Assembly (NCBI GenBank): GCA_007118795.1
Contig: SKQX01000244.1
Coordinates: 1 to 36,711 of the forward strand
DNA: 36,711 nucleotides
Direction of reading: 5' to 3'
Origin: Thermoflexales bacterium
GTDB taxonomy: Bacteria; Chloroflexota; Anaerolineae; B4-G1
The notes beneath the pieces are model-generated. The model did not search any database. It saw nothing but the letters and a program-made list of their open reading frames with translations, and was not told where the DNA came from. The translations under genes were made by a program, and so were the position numbers. How positions within the stretch are numbered: the stretch's first letter is position 1; the number at the start of each line of letters is the position of its first letter. Shown in pieces: positions 18,899-27,370 of this stretch.

Positions 18899-20242
18899 TC
18901 ACTTCGCCAGCATCTCCTGTGCCAAAAAGCGGCTCATCTTCTCCGAGATTCGAGCCATCTGCTCCGCCGTCTCTAAATCTTCTTCCTCGCGCGCCTCCGC
19001 CTCGGCCTCCCTCATAAGCTGGACCATACCCTCAGTCATCAGTTCTCTGTTTTGCTCCAGGATCTGTTCCATCTCCTCATCCTCCTCGGCTGCCATCAGA
19101 CGGTTAAGAAACCGTATCTCTGGCGGGAGTCCCTCCTCCATCAGGTCCATCACCACGCGCCAGACGGATCGCAGCGCCTCCAGAGATTCCTCGTCCCCCC
19201 GCTCCTGGGCTCGTTGCAGATTCGACCCCAGTACGCTGAGGAAGGCATCGTCGATCTCCTGGATGCGACGGCGGGCTAGCTCCTTCGGGTCGTCGCTGGT
19301 GACCAGGTCTCGCAGGAGATCGGTCCGGGCCTGGAAGACAGCGCGCACCTCCTCGTCCAGGCGGTCTCGAATGTCGAGAATCTCACGCCGCAGCTCGGTG
19401 AGGCGTTCCTTCTCCGCCTCGTCTGTCGCGGCCTCGATCTGCGCGGTCAGGTTCTGGAAGAACAAATAGTCCAGCATGGGTCGGCCCGCCGCGATCAGCG
19501 TCTCACGGATCCCCTCGTCCTCGACCTCTGTAAGCAACTCTAGCAATTTCTCGCGGTTCGGCTCCTCCCGCAGGGCCTCGATCACCTCGTTTCGGGCCTT
19601 GATGGTCTGACCTACGCTGCTCAGATCCAGAAGACGGTCGCGAACATCGCGCAGGACCTGAATCGATTCTTCCTCGCCCATCGAACGGGCCATCTCCAGA
19701 TTGCGCTGAAGCATGTAGAAGAACAACTCATCGATCTTCTCATCGTTCTCCTCGATCAGAACCGCCAGGGCCTCGTCCGAGGTCGCCTGGACCATGCGCT
19801 GGAGCAACTGGGCCTTCTCTTTCTGTTCTTCGAGCATCTCCTCGCTGATGCCTTCCTCCTGCAGGATCCTCTTCGTTAGATTCTCCATGGTCAGGAAGAC
19901 CTCCGGTTGGAGCAGGTAGGCCTTGCGCTCTTCGGGAGGGAGACGATCCATCACCCGCCTCGTGAGGCGCCCGATGATCTTCTCGCGGCGATCCCGGGCC
20001 CCGCCTGCCTCCATGGGCATGTAGACCAGGGCCAGCTCATTGTGCGGGTCATGATAAAGGAAGGGCGCGTTCATGGCGCCGTGGAAGCCGCAATGCGGGC
20101 ATTGAGCGACGTTCACGATACCGTTGATTGCCCGTGCCTTGGCCTGAGGGTCCTCCCTCACGTCGAGAATCTCCTCCATTGGCGTTTGGAAGGGTTGGTT
20201 GCACGCGGGACAGCTCACTCTAGCGACTCTCTGTTGAACCAT
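18899..20242 (-). CDS. CpXC-type zinc-ribbon protein with four acidic helical repeats
   Basis: N-terminal CPACN...(38 aa)...CPHCG pair. Four repeats of roughly 85 aa follow, for example IDELFFYMLQRNLEMARSMGEEESIQVLRDVRDRLLDL, MLDYLFFQNLTAQIEAATDEAEKERLTELRREILDIRDRL and IDDAFLSVLGSNLQRAQERGDEESLEALRSVWRVVMDLM. Confidence 0.75.
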   Translation of the reverse strand: MVQQRVARVSCPACNQPFQTPMEEILDVREDPQAKARAINGIVNVAQCPHCGFHGAMNAPFLYHDPHNELALVYMPMEAGGARDRREKIIGRLTRRVMDRLPPEERKAYLLQPEVFLTMENLTKRILQEEGISEEMLEEQKEKAQLLQRMVQATSDEALAVLIEENDEKIDELFFYMLQRNLEMARSMGEEESIQVLRDVRDRLLDLSSVGQTIKARNEVIEALREEPNREKLLELLTEVEDEGIRETLIAAGRPMLDYLFFQNLTAQIEAATDEAEKERLTELRREILDIRDRLDEEVRAVFQARTDLLRDLVTSDDPKELARRRIQEIDDAFLSVLGSNLQRAQERGDEESLEALRSVWRVVMDLMEEGLPPEIRFLNRLMAAEEDEEMEQILEQNRELMTEGMVQLMREAEAEAREEEDLETAEQMARISEKMSRFLAQEMLAK

Positions 20243-20274
20243 ACGTTCCTTTCTTCTAAGCGATCATCTTGGGA

Positions 20275-21834
20275 CTATCTACGCGGAATGGCAAAGGAAA
20301 AGGCGGCGCCGGCACCGGGGTCGCTTTCGACCCAGATGCGGCCCCCGTGGGCTTCGACGATAGCCTGGGCGAGATAGAGTCCCAGCCCAGCTCCCGACGT
20401 CTGCTGCTGATACTCTCGAGAACCACGGAAGAAGCTCTCAAAGACGTGGGGCTGCTCCTCGAAGGGGATGCCCGCGCCTTCGTCCGCCACGGTGACAATG
20501 ACCTCGTCCGGGGTGGCGCGCCCTTTCACTTCAATGGTACCACCATGGGGAGAGTACTTGATGGCATTGGAGAGCAGGTTGTTGAAAACCTGTTCCATCC
20601 GTGTGGGATCCCCCCAGACGATGGGGAATCCCTCTGAGAACTCGACCTGAATCTCGTGGGCGTCGGCGTGGACCCGAAAGCGCTCGGCCACCCGCTGGGC
20701 CACGCTGTCCATCGCGATCTCCTCCCGCTCCAGAGGTAGCTTCCCAGCCTCCAGGCGTGATGCGTCCAGGAGATTGTCAATCAGATGGTTGAGGCGGTCA
20801 GACTCCTCGAGGATGACCTGGAGACTCTCCTGTCGGGTCCTCGGATCCCAGCGGGCATCCTTTCGCAATAATGTCTCTGCATATCCTTGGATCAGGGCGA
20901 CGGGGGTCTTCAACTCGTGGGAGATGACGGACACGAAGGTCGACTTGATCTCGTCGGCCTCGCGGAAGCGGGTGATGTCCCGGACGTTGGCGATGATGTT
21001 GACCAGACGTCCGCCCTGACCGAATAGCGGGGCGTAGATGATTCCTACGCTGACCGTTCCACCGTTCCTGCGCCGAATATCTCCCTCCACATAAAGCGGC
21101 CGGGCCGCAGGCAGGGGCCAGCCGCCGGCCACGGCGTCGGAGAGATCGCGATCGGTCTCGAGGTGGGCCCAGCGGATCACCTCGTCGTGCCGACGGCCCA
21201 GTACCTCCGATGACGACCAGCCGGTGAGCCGCGACAGGGCCCGGTTGAAGACTCGAACCCGTTGGGCCGAATCGAGGATCAGAACCCCGTCGGCGCTGTA
21301 CTCCAGTATGGCGTCGAGTCGTCGCTTCTCCTGGGATACGCGCTCGTAAAGCTGCGCGTTGTAGACGGCGATGGCGGCCTGGTCGGCGAAGCTGGCCAAG
21401 ACCTGGCGGTCATTGGCTGTGAAGCGGGTGCCGTAGGCGCGGAAGACGTACAGCACGCCGATCAACTCATCCCCGATCGCCATGGGGAGGGCGACGACTT
21501 GCTCCAGGCGCAGAGCCAGTTCGGTGACGACTCGTCCCAGCTTCTCCGCCAGGCCCGGGATGCGGAACCGGCTGCGGTCGGAGTAGTCCGGGATGTCGGC
21601 GAGAAGGGGCTCGAAGTAGGGGACGAGGGCTCGGGGTAATCCGTGACTGGCCGCGATGTGGAAACCTCCGTTTTCCGGATCGCGGAGGGCCACCAGGCTG
21701 GCCTGCCCAGAGAGCATCTCCGCGGCTGCCTCCAGGACGATAGCCAGAAGCTCGTCGAGATCCAGTTGGGCGGTCAGGGCGCGGCTGATCTCCAGGAGGT
21801 GGTCTCGTTGGCGAACGCGGTAGTCGGTCAGCAT
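20275..21834 (-). CDS. Soluble sensor histidine kinase (GAF-like and PAS-like N-terminal regions, HisKA, HATPase_c)
   Basis: H-box FVSVISHELKTPVA, N-box NLLSNAIKY, G1 DEGAGIP and G2 GAGLGL. No hydrophobic span. I prefer ATG 21834 because a TGcTATAAT element lies inside the alternative 34-codon extension (GTG 21936). Confidence 0.85.
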   Translation of the reverse strand: MLTDYRVRQRDHLLEISRALTAQLDLDELLAIVLEAAAEMLSGQASLVALRDPENGGFHIAASHGLPRALVPYFEPLLADIPDYSDRSRFRIPGLAEKLGRVVTELALRLEQVVALPMAIGDELIGVLYVFRAYGTRFTANDRQVLASFADQAAIAVYNAQLYERVSQEKRRLDAILEYSADGVLILDSAQRVRVFNRALSRLTGWSSSEVLGRRHDEVIRWAHLETDRDLSDAVAGGWPLPAARPLYVEGDIRRRNGGTVSVGIIYAPLFGQGGRLVNIIANVRDITRFREADEIKSTFVSVISHELKTPVALIQGYAETLLRKDARWDPRTRQESLQVILEESDRLNHLIDNLLDASRLEAGKLPLEREEIAMDSVAQRVAERFRVHADAHEIQVEFSEGFPIVWGDPTRMEQVFNNLLSNAIKYSPHGGTIEVKGRATPDEVIVTVADEGAGIPFEEQPHVFESFFRGSREYQQQTSGAGLGLYLAQAIVEAHGGRIWVESDPGAGAAFSFAIPRR

Positions 21835-21883
21835 AGGTTGCTCATCGTTCTGTTGCAGAGTATGTCTTGCATCACAATCTTTG

Positions 21884-21892
21884 ATTATAGCA
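21884..21892 (-). promoter_or_regulatory. Extended -10 promoter element (TGcTATAAT) for the histidine kinase operon
   Basis: The minus strand reads gtgcTATAATcaaag, about 50 nt upstream of ATG 21834. Confidence 0.35.
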
Positions 21893-22097
21893 CAGCGCTG
21901 GCTCGATACCAGTGAACCATGCCGGGTGAGGCTCACGAGCCTGGTGAGATAGGAGGCCTCGCATCCGGCGCTGGGAGTCTTCGCTGGCGGGCGCGGGATC
22001 AGGAGAAAGGCGGGTGGGACCTGGATTGAAGCGGGTCTCCGTAGACGCGGAAGATGTCCTTGGCGCTGCAGGAGAAGGGGTCAGCCGAACAGTTGAA

Positions 22098-22126
22098 TTG
22101 GCACGGGGTGTTTCTAATACTATACT
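22098..22126 (+). promoter_or_regulatory. Sigma70-type promoter pointing toward the sORF, repeat element and ParB-like gene
   Basis: TTGGCA (22098-22103), 17-nt spacer, TATACT (22121-22126). Confidence 0.45.
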
Positions 22127-22352
22127 CCCGGCTTGCTGATCGGCCTTGATGCCTGTGCCTGACCGGGCCGTGGAATAGGTTGGTTGGGAGAGGTGATGGC
22201 TCAGCGTACAGCGAGCGCGCCAGCGTTGAGCGGAGGGTGGAAAGAGTGCGGTTTTCGACCACGAGTTACGAGATCTTTGATCCGGTCTGGCTGGTGGCTG
22301 GCGTCCATCGCTGAGTGAAGAGCGGCCCGGGCGCGGAGGGTAGGAGCCTATC

Positions 22353-22482
22353 CCTACAACTGCACTTGTCATTCTGAGGAGCGCAGTGACGAAGAATCTC
22401 GCCGACGCTGGCCAGACACAACTCTCAGGTGGGCTTTCTTCGGCCGCCCACCGAGCTCTGATTGCCCAAGGGCGGTTGTAGG
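22353..22482. repeat. MITE-like or structured element bounded by imperfect ~16-bp inverted repeats
   Basis: The left end CCTACAACTGCACTTG (22353-) compares with the reverse complement of the right end, CCTACAACCGCCCTTG (-22482), matching at 14/16 positions. An internal hairpin reads GGTGGGC-tttcttcggcc-GCCCACC. The core gtcattctgaggagcgcagtgacgaagaatctc resembles short dispersed repeats I recall from other genomes. Confidence 0.45.
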
Positions 22483-22572
22483 ACTATGCGGACAGAGAAA
22501 ACTCTTGGCACCCGGGTGGAAAGTCGAAATCGCTCTCCCGCTATGCCGCGGACCCTGAAAGGGGGGGATCGG

Positions 22573-22980
22573 ATGGGTGATCTGTTTCTGAAGAGGCTCG
22601 ACGAGCTGCAACCGAGCCAGCTCTTCGTCAGTGCAGAGAAACTGTCTTCTGTGATGAAAGAGGATACGGCCGTAACTGTGGAGGGGGTCCAGCCCGTTCC
22701 AGTGAAAAAGCTGCAGGATCGGGTGGTGCTTACGGATGGTCACACCAGGGCTCTGGCAGCGGTACTTAGTGGTCTCGCGGAGATCAGGGTCTTCTGGGAC
22801 GAGGACGACCTGGACTGGGAAGCGTACGACATCTGCGTGGCGTGGTGCCGGGAGGAAGGAATTCGCACCGTCGCTGACCTCCGAGACCGCGTGGTGTCCG
22901 CGGAGGTATATCAGGAGGTCTGGCTGGAGCGGTGCCGGGCGATGCACGCCGAGTTGGAGGAGCGACGGCGATCGCGGTAG
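22573..22980 (+). CDS. Hypothetical ParB/sulfiredoxin-fold-like small protein
   Basis: ATG 22573 follows an aaagggggggatcgg G-tract SD. LQPSQLFVSAEKL ... VVLTDGHTRALAA resembles the ParB N-terminal DGHHR motif. Coding-like composition. Confidence 0.6.
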   Translation: MGDLFLKRLDELQPSQLFVSAEKLSSVMKEDTAVTVEGVQPVPVKKLQDRVVLTDGHTRALAAVLSGLAEIRVFWDEDDLDWEAYDICVAWCREEGIRTVADLRDRVVSAEVYQEVWLERCRAMHAELEERRRSR

Positions 22981-23027
22981 GTGGCGCCAACGCGCTGGAT
23001 CTCGCCCAACCGGGGGGGGGACGGGAC

Positions 23028-23048
23028 GGCAGCGCGCCCCGCGCTGCC
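23028..23048 (+). terminator. Perfect GC hairpin downstream of the ParB-like gene (no U-tract)
   Basis: GGCAGCGCG-ccc-CGCGCTGCC, a 9-bp stem 48 nt after the stop. A G9 tract lies just upstream at 23012-23020. Confidence 0.3.
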
Positions 23049-23328
23049 GACGCTACTGCTCGGCACCTCAGGGAACGGACCCGAGTCGGAATGTGGAGGG
23101 ATCGACGTCCGCCATACCGGCATTCGTGATCACTCCTCCGGCTGGCGCCCACGACCGCCCCCCTTCAAGCGGAGCTCAGTGAGCTGTCCTGAGGGTGGCT
23201 GCAGGTCCCCCAGGCGGGAGCGGGGCGTTCCCGCTGTCGGGGTCAGTGGAGAGGACCCAGCCAGTGGGACTGGGTGGGGTGGGGGCAAAGGGATCGAGGT
23301 GGAGACAGCCTGGGGTGCTCTGGAGGGC

Positions 23329-23356
23329 TTGTCCGCAGATGGGGACGTGCTACAAT
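23329..23356 (+). promoter_or_regulatory. Sigma70-type promoter with extended -10, upstream of the radical SAM gene
   Basis: TTGTCC (23329-23334), 16-nt spacer ending in TGc, TACAAT (23351-23356). The predicted leader is about 215 nt. Confidence 0.5.
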
Positions 23357-23578
23357 CTTACGCGGTGCTGAGAACGAGGACGCCCATCGCGGGGTGCCCG
23401 CGAGTGACGAGTTGCCATGCCTTAACTCGTTGGCTGGTGTGTACCACGGGGCCGGGCGTATACGTCAGAGAGAGCGGATCAGGAAGTCTGGAGGGGCGTC
23501 TTGGGGGCCGATGGAGTCAGGGCATAGTGCGGTGGGTGGAGTCTGCAGCGGACGGACGGGCCGCGTAGAGGGACCCAG

Positions 23579-25345
23579 TTGCTGATGCCGTCTGCCGATC
23601 TGATCTTCCTGCATGCGCCAACCGTCTACGATTTTCGGAATCATCCCACGTTGTGGGGGCCGACCAGCGACCTGGTGCCGTCGGAGCCCATCTTCGACAT
23701 GTATCCGGTGGGATTCTCCACGATGGCCTCCTATCTGTCGAAGGCGGGGGTCCACACGCGCATCGCCAATCTAGCGGCGGCCATGGTCCGCTCCAGGCGT
23801 TTCGATGTCGAGCGGTTCATCGCGCGGCGTAAGGCACGGGTCTTCGGCATCGATCTTCACTGGTTACCCCACGCCCACGGGTCTCTGGCCGTGGCCGATC
23901 TGGTGAGACAGCATCATCCCCAGGCGCCGATTGTCTTCGGAGGGTTCTCGGCCAGCTACTTCCACGATGAGTTGATCCGCTACCCCCAGGTCGACTACGT
24001 GCTGCGGGGCGACTCGACGGAGGAGCCACTGCTCCGGCTGATGGAACATCTGCTGGGTACATCCGGTGGGGCCGACCCAGCGGTGCTCTCGCGGATCCCC
24101 AATCTCACCTGGCAGGACGAATTGGGCACGGTGCATGCCAACCCTCAGACGTATGTACCGCCCAATCTGGACCACCTGGATATGGACTACCGGCAGATGG
24201 TGCGCTCCGTTGTGCGGAGTGGGGATTTCTTCAACCACGTGCCATTCCACCATTGGATGGAGTATCCGGTGATGGCTGCCCTGAGTGTGCGGGGCTGCCG
24301 ACACGACTGCGCGTACTGCGGCGGATCGGCGTCTGCCTCGGGGCTGATCTCCGGGCGACACGCCCCGGCGTACCGTTCGCCGGAGCGGCTGGCGGAGGAT
24401 CTGTTTCGCATGTACGAGATCAGCCGCGGGCCGGCCTTCATATTGGGCGACATCCGTCAGGCAGGACTGGACCACGCCCGACGTTTCCTGCGTGCCGTGC
24501 GGGGCTACCCAGGTCAGGCGATGCTGGAGATCTTCACGCCGATGAGCCGTGAGTTTGCCGCTGAGCTGGCCGACGCGCTGCCTAACTTCGTCATTGAGTT
24601 CTCGCCGGAGTCGCACGATGGGGCTGTACGCCGTGCACTTCACAAGAGCTTCTCGAACGAGGCCATCGAGGGGACCATCGAGGCGTGTCTGGACGTCGGG
24701 TGCCGACGCTTTGACCTCTTCTTCATGACCGGTCTTCCTCAGCAGACGCGGGAATCGGTGCTCGCAGGTGTCGACTACTGCGAGGAGCTGCTGACCCGGT
24801 TCAGCGATGGGCGTCTCATCCCCTTTGTCGGGCCTCTGGCGCCCTTTGTGGATCCGGGAAGCTTGTTCTACGAGGAGTCGGAGGCTTACGGCTACGACAT
24901 CCGCTACCGAACCCTGGAGGAGCACCGGCGCGCGCTTCTGGCGCCGACGTGGAAGCACATCCTCAACTATGAGACGGAGTGGATGAGCCGGGACGACATC
25001 GCGGCTGTGACTTATGAGGCCGGACGGCGGCTGAACGCACTGAAGGCGAAGTTCGGCCTGGTGGAGCCGGAGATCGCGGCGGAGACGGAGGATCGCATCG
25101 AGCGCGCGGTGTCGCTGATGACCCAGATCGATGAGTTGGTGGCCCGGTGCGAACCAGAGGAGCTCGAGCGCGAGTTGCAGGCGCTTAAGCCGCAGATCGA
25201 CCGGGCGAACACATCCACCGTCTGTGAGAAGACCGAGCTAGATCTACCCTTCGACGTACGGGCCTTCAACTGGCCGAAGCTGTTCAAGATGGGCGCGACT
25301 GACGTCTGGCTGGGGCTGAAGGAGGCCGTCGTCGGCAGAGGGTAG
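23579..25345 (+). CDS. B12-binding-domain radical SAM protein (class B)
   Basis: N-terminal Rossmann-like B12-binding region (LIFLHAPTVYDF ... VFGIDLHW ... PIVFGG). The radical SAM cluster motif is CRHDCAYCGG (CxxxCxxC). GAGGGA lies 5 nt before TTG 23579. Confidence 0.88.
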   Translation: MLMPSADLIFLHAPTVYDFRNHPTLWGPTSDLVPSEPIFDMYPVGFSTMASYLSKAGVHTRIANLAAAMVRSRRFDVERFIARRKARVFGIDLHWLPHAHGSLAVADLVRQHHPQAPIVFGGFSASYFHDELIRYPQVDYVLRGDSTEEPLLRLMEHLLGTSGGADPAVLSRIPNLTWQDELGTVHANPQTYVPPNLDHLDMDYRQMVRSVVRSGDFFNHVPFHHWMEYPVMAALSVRGCRHDCAYCGGSASASGLISGRHAPAYRSPERLAEDLFRMYEISRGPAFILGDIRQAGLDHARRFLRAVRGYPGQAMLEIFTPMSREFAAELADALPNFVIEFSPESHDGAVRRALHKSFSNEAIEGTIEACLDVGCRRFDLFFMTGLPQQTRESVLAGVDYCEELLTRFSDGRLIPFVGPLAPFVDPGSLFYEESEAYGYDIRYRTLEEHRRALLAPTWKHILNYETEWMSRDDIAAVTYEAGRRLNALKAKFGLVEPEIAAETEDRIERAVSLMTQIDELVARCEPEELERELQALKPQIDRANTSTVCEKTELDLPFDVRAFNWPKLFKMGATDVWLGLKEAVVGRG

Positions 25346-25376
25346 CGGGGCGATCGGACGGTCTGTACCAGGATGT

Positions 25377-25399
25377 CGGGCCCGAAAGCCCGGTTTTGG
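25377..25399 (+). terminator. Rho-independent-type terminator after the radical SAM gene
   Basis: CGGGC-ccgaaa-GCCCG followed by GTTTTGGTT. The stem is short (5 bp). Confidence 0.4.
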
Positions 25400-25447
25400 T
25401 TCGTCTCTGGTGGGGCAGTAGAGCGACCTCATAGGTAGGGGGTAACG

Positions 25448-25735
25448 ATGAAGCTAGACCGAGAAGAAGTGGGACACATGGCCGATCTGGCCCGGCTTGC
25501 CCTGTCCGGCCGGGAGCTCTCGTTGTATCGGGAGCAGCTCTCGGCTATCCTGGAGCACTTCCAGCGGCTGCAGGAGCTGGACACGGAGGACATTCCTCCC
25601 ACGGCGTCCGTGCTGCCTCTGCGGAGCGTGACGCGCGATGATGAGACCCGACCGCCCTTGAGGCGAGAGAGGGTGTTGGAAAACGCGCCCGACACCGAGG
25701 GCGGCTGTTTCCGCGTTCCGGCGGCCTTGGAGTAG
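25448..25735 (+). CDS. gatC: Asp/Glu-tRNA(Asn/Gln) amidotransferase subunit C
   Basis: 95 aa. [45 protein letters not shown]. The gene immediately precedes gatA. Confidence 0.88.
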   Translation: MKLDREEVGHMADLARLALSGRELSLYREQLSAILEHFQRLQELDTEDIPPTASVLPLRSVTRDDETRPPLRRERVLENAPDTEGGCFRVPAALE

Positions 25736-25739
25736 GGCA

Positions 25740-27203
25740 TTGAGCACCCCAGGGCTGAACCGATTGACGATTCACGAGGCCGGTCGGCGGCTGGCTGCCG
25801 GGGATGTCACATCCGTGGAGCTGACGGAAGCAGTGTTAGATCGCATAGCGACCACCGATAGCGCGGTCAGGGCCTATCTGACAGTGACCCCGGAGCAGGC
25901 GGTGGCGCAGGCGAGGGCGGCCGACGAGCGGAGGGCGTCAGGCGAGGGGGGACCGCTTCTGGGCGTTCCCATCGCGGTGAAGGACGTGTTGTGTACCGAG
26001 GGTATTCCCACCACAGCGGGTTCCCGGATTCTAGAGGGCTTTGTCCCCCCCTACGATGCGACAGTCGTGCGTCGGTTGAAGGAGGACGGCGCTGTCATCA
26101 TTGGCAAGACGAACACGGACGAGTTCGCTATGGGTTCTTCCACGGAGAACTCGGCGTACTTCGCCACGCGGAACCCGTGGGATCTGGGCCGGGTGCCCGG
26201 TGGGTCGAGCGGAGGAAGCGCGGCCGCCGTCGCTGCGGACGCGTGCGTGGCGGCCCTGGGAAGCGATACCGGCGGCAGTGTGCGTCAGCCCGCCGCCCTC
26301 TGCGGGGTGGTGGGCCTCAAACCTACGTACGGTCGGGTCAGCCGCTACGGTCTCATCGCCTTCGCGTCCTCGTTGGACCAGGTAGGCGTCTTGACGAAGG
26401 ACGTGGCGGATGCGGCGATTCTGCTGGGGGGTATCGCAGGGTCGGATCCCTGTGATGGGACGGCTACAGACCTGCCCGTGCCCGACTATGCCGCTCTTCT
26501 GACCGCTGACGTGGAGGGAGTCCGCATAGGGGTGATGCAGGAAGCCTTCGTGAAAGGGCTTCAGCCGGAGGTAGAAGCGGCGGTGTGGACGGCGGTGGAC
26601 AGACTGGTCGAGCTGGGCGCCGAGTTGCACGAGGTGAGCCTACCGCATGCCGACTACGCCCTGCCCGTGTTCTACCTGATCGCCCCGGCCGAGGCGAGTG
26701 CCAACCTGGCACGATACGATGGGGTGCGTTACGGTCATCGGGAAGAGGCCGAGAGTCTGGACAGTATGTACAAACGCACCCGCGGGCGCGGGTTCGGTCC
26801 TGAGGTGAAGCGGCGCATCATGCTGGGGACCTATGTTCTGTCGGCTGGCTATTACGACGCCTACTATCTGAAGGCCCAGAAAGCGCGTACACTGATCAAG
26901 GCCGATTTCGACGCAGCCTTCGAAGAGGTGGACGTCATCCTCGGACCCACGACTCCCACGACGGCCTTCGGTATTGGCGAGAAGATCGACGACCCGCTGC
27001 AGATGTATCTGTCGGATGTGTTCACCCTCTCAATGAATCTGGCCGGCATATGCGGCTTGAGCGTTCCGTGCGGTTTCGACGAGCAGGGATTGCCCATCGG
27101 GCTGCAGGTGACAGGCCCGGCGTTCGGGGAGGAGCGCGTGCTGCGGGTCGCTCTCGCCTATGAGCAGGCCTGTGATTGGCGCTTGCGCAGGCCGGATCTG
27201 TGA
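25740..27203 (+). CDS. gatA: Asp/Glu-tRNA(Asn/Gln) amidotransferase subunit A
   Basis: Amidase signature [28 protein letters not shown] and [16 protein letters not shown]. Confidence 0.93.
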   Translation: MSTPGLNRLTIHEAGRRLAAGDVTSVELTEAVLDRIATTDSAVRAYLTVTPEQAVAQARAADERRASGEGGPLLGVPIAVKDVLCTEGIPTTAGSRILEGFVPPYDATVVRRLKEDGAVIIGKTNTDEFAMGSSTENSAYFATRNPWDLGRVPGGSSGGSAAAVAADACVAALGSDTGGSVRQPAALCGVVGLKPTYGRVSRYGLIAFASSLDQVGVLTKDVADAAILLGGIAGSDPCDGTATDLPVPDYAALLTADVEGVRIGVMQEAFVKGLQPEVEAAVWTAVDRLVELGAELHEVSLPHADYALPVFYLIAPAEASANLARYDGVRYGHREEAESLDSMYKRTRGRGFGPEVKRRIMLGTYVLSAGYYDAYYLKAQKARTLIKADFDAAFEEVDVILGPTTPTTAFGIGEKIDDPLQMYLSDVFTLSMNLAGICGLSVPCGFDEQGLPIGLQVTGPAFGEERVLRVALAYEQACDWRLRRPDL

Positions 27204-27370
27204 CATCGGGCTTGCGTCGTCCCAAGGGTCTCCCAGAGAAGCGCCATCGGTGGCACGGTCGGGGCCCTGGGCCCGGCGCAGATCCCCTCCCGCGTACGTG
27301 CACCTGGGCAGACCTGGCGAGGTCATCGTCGGACCGTTTGGCGACTGATGGACGGATAAGGAGTTAGGCA

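Noticed and set aside
21872-22372. 166-aa minus-strand ORF in the kinase / ParB-like intergenic region
   Set aside because: The translation is Pro/Ser/Arg-rich. It spans two promoter-like sites and part of the inverted-repeat element, and it has no SD.
22981-23568. 195-aa plus-strand ORF between the ParB-like and radical SAM genes
   Set aside because: The translation is Gly/Arg/Pro-rich and not protein-like. It contains a perfect terminator-like hairpin, a G9 tract and a good promoter, so it is more likely non-coding.
23360-23578. Possible cobalamin, TPP or SAM riboswitch in the radical SAM leader
   Set aside because: I looked for the B12 box (GCCACTG-type core), the TPP CTGAGA...ACCTGATCTGGATAATGCCAGCG core and the SAM-I junctions. 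Only a fortuitous GGTGCTGAGA was present. This needs an Infernal scan to settle.
23864-24958. 364-aa minus-strand ORF inside the radical SAM gene
   Set aside because: It is antisense to a gene with a clear CxxxCxxC cluster and B12-binding region. Its translation is Arg/Gly/Pro-rich.
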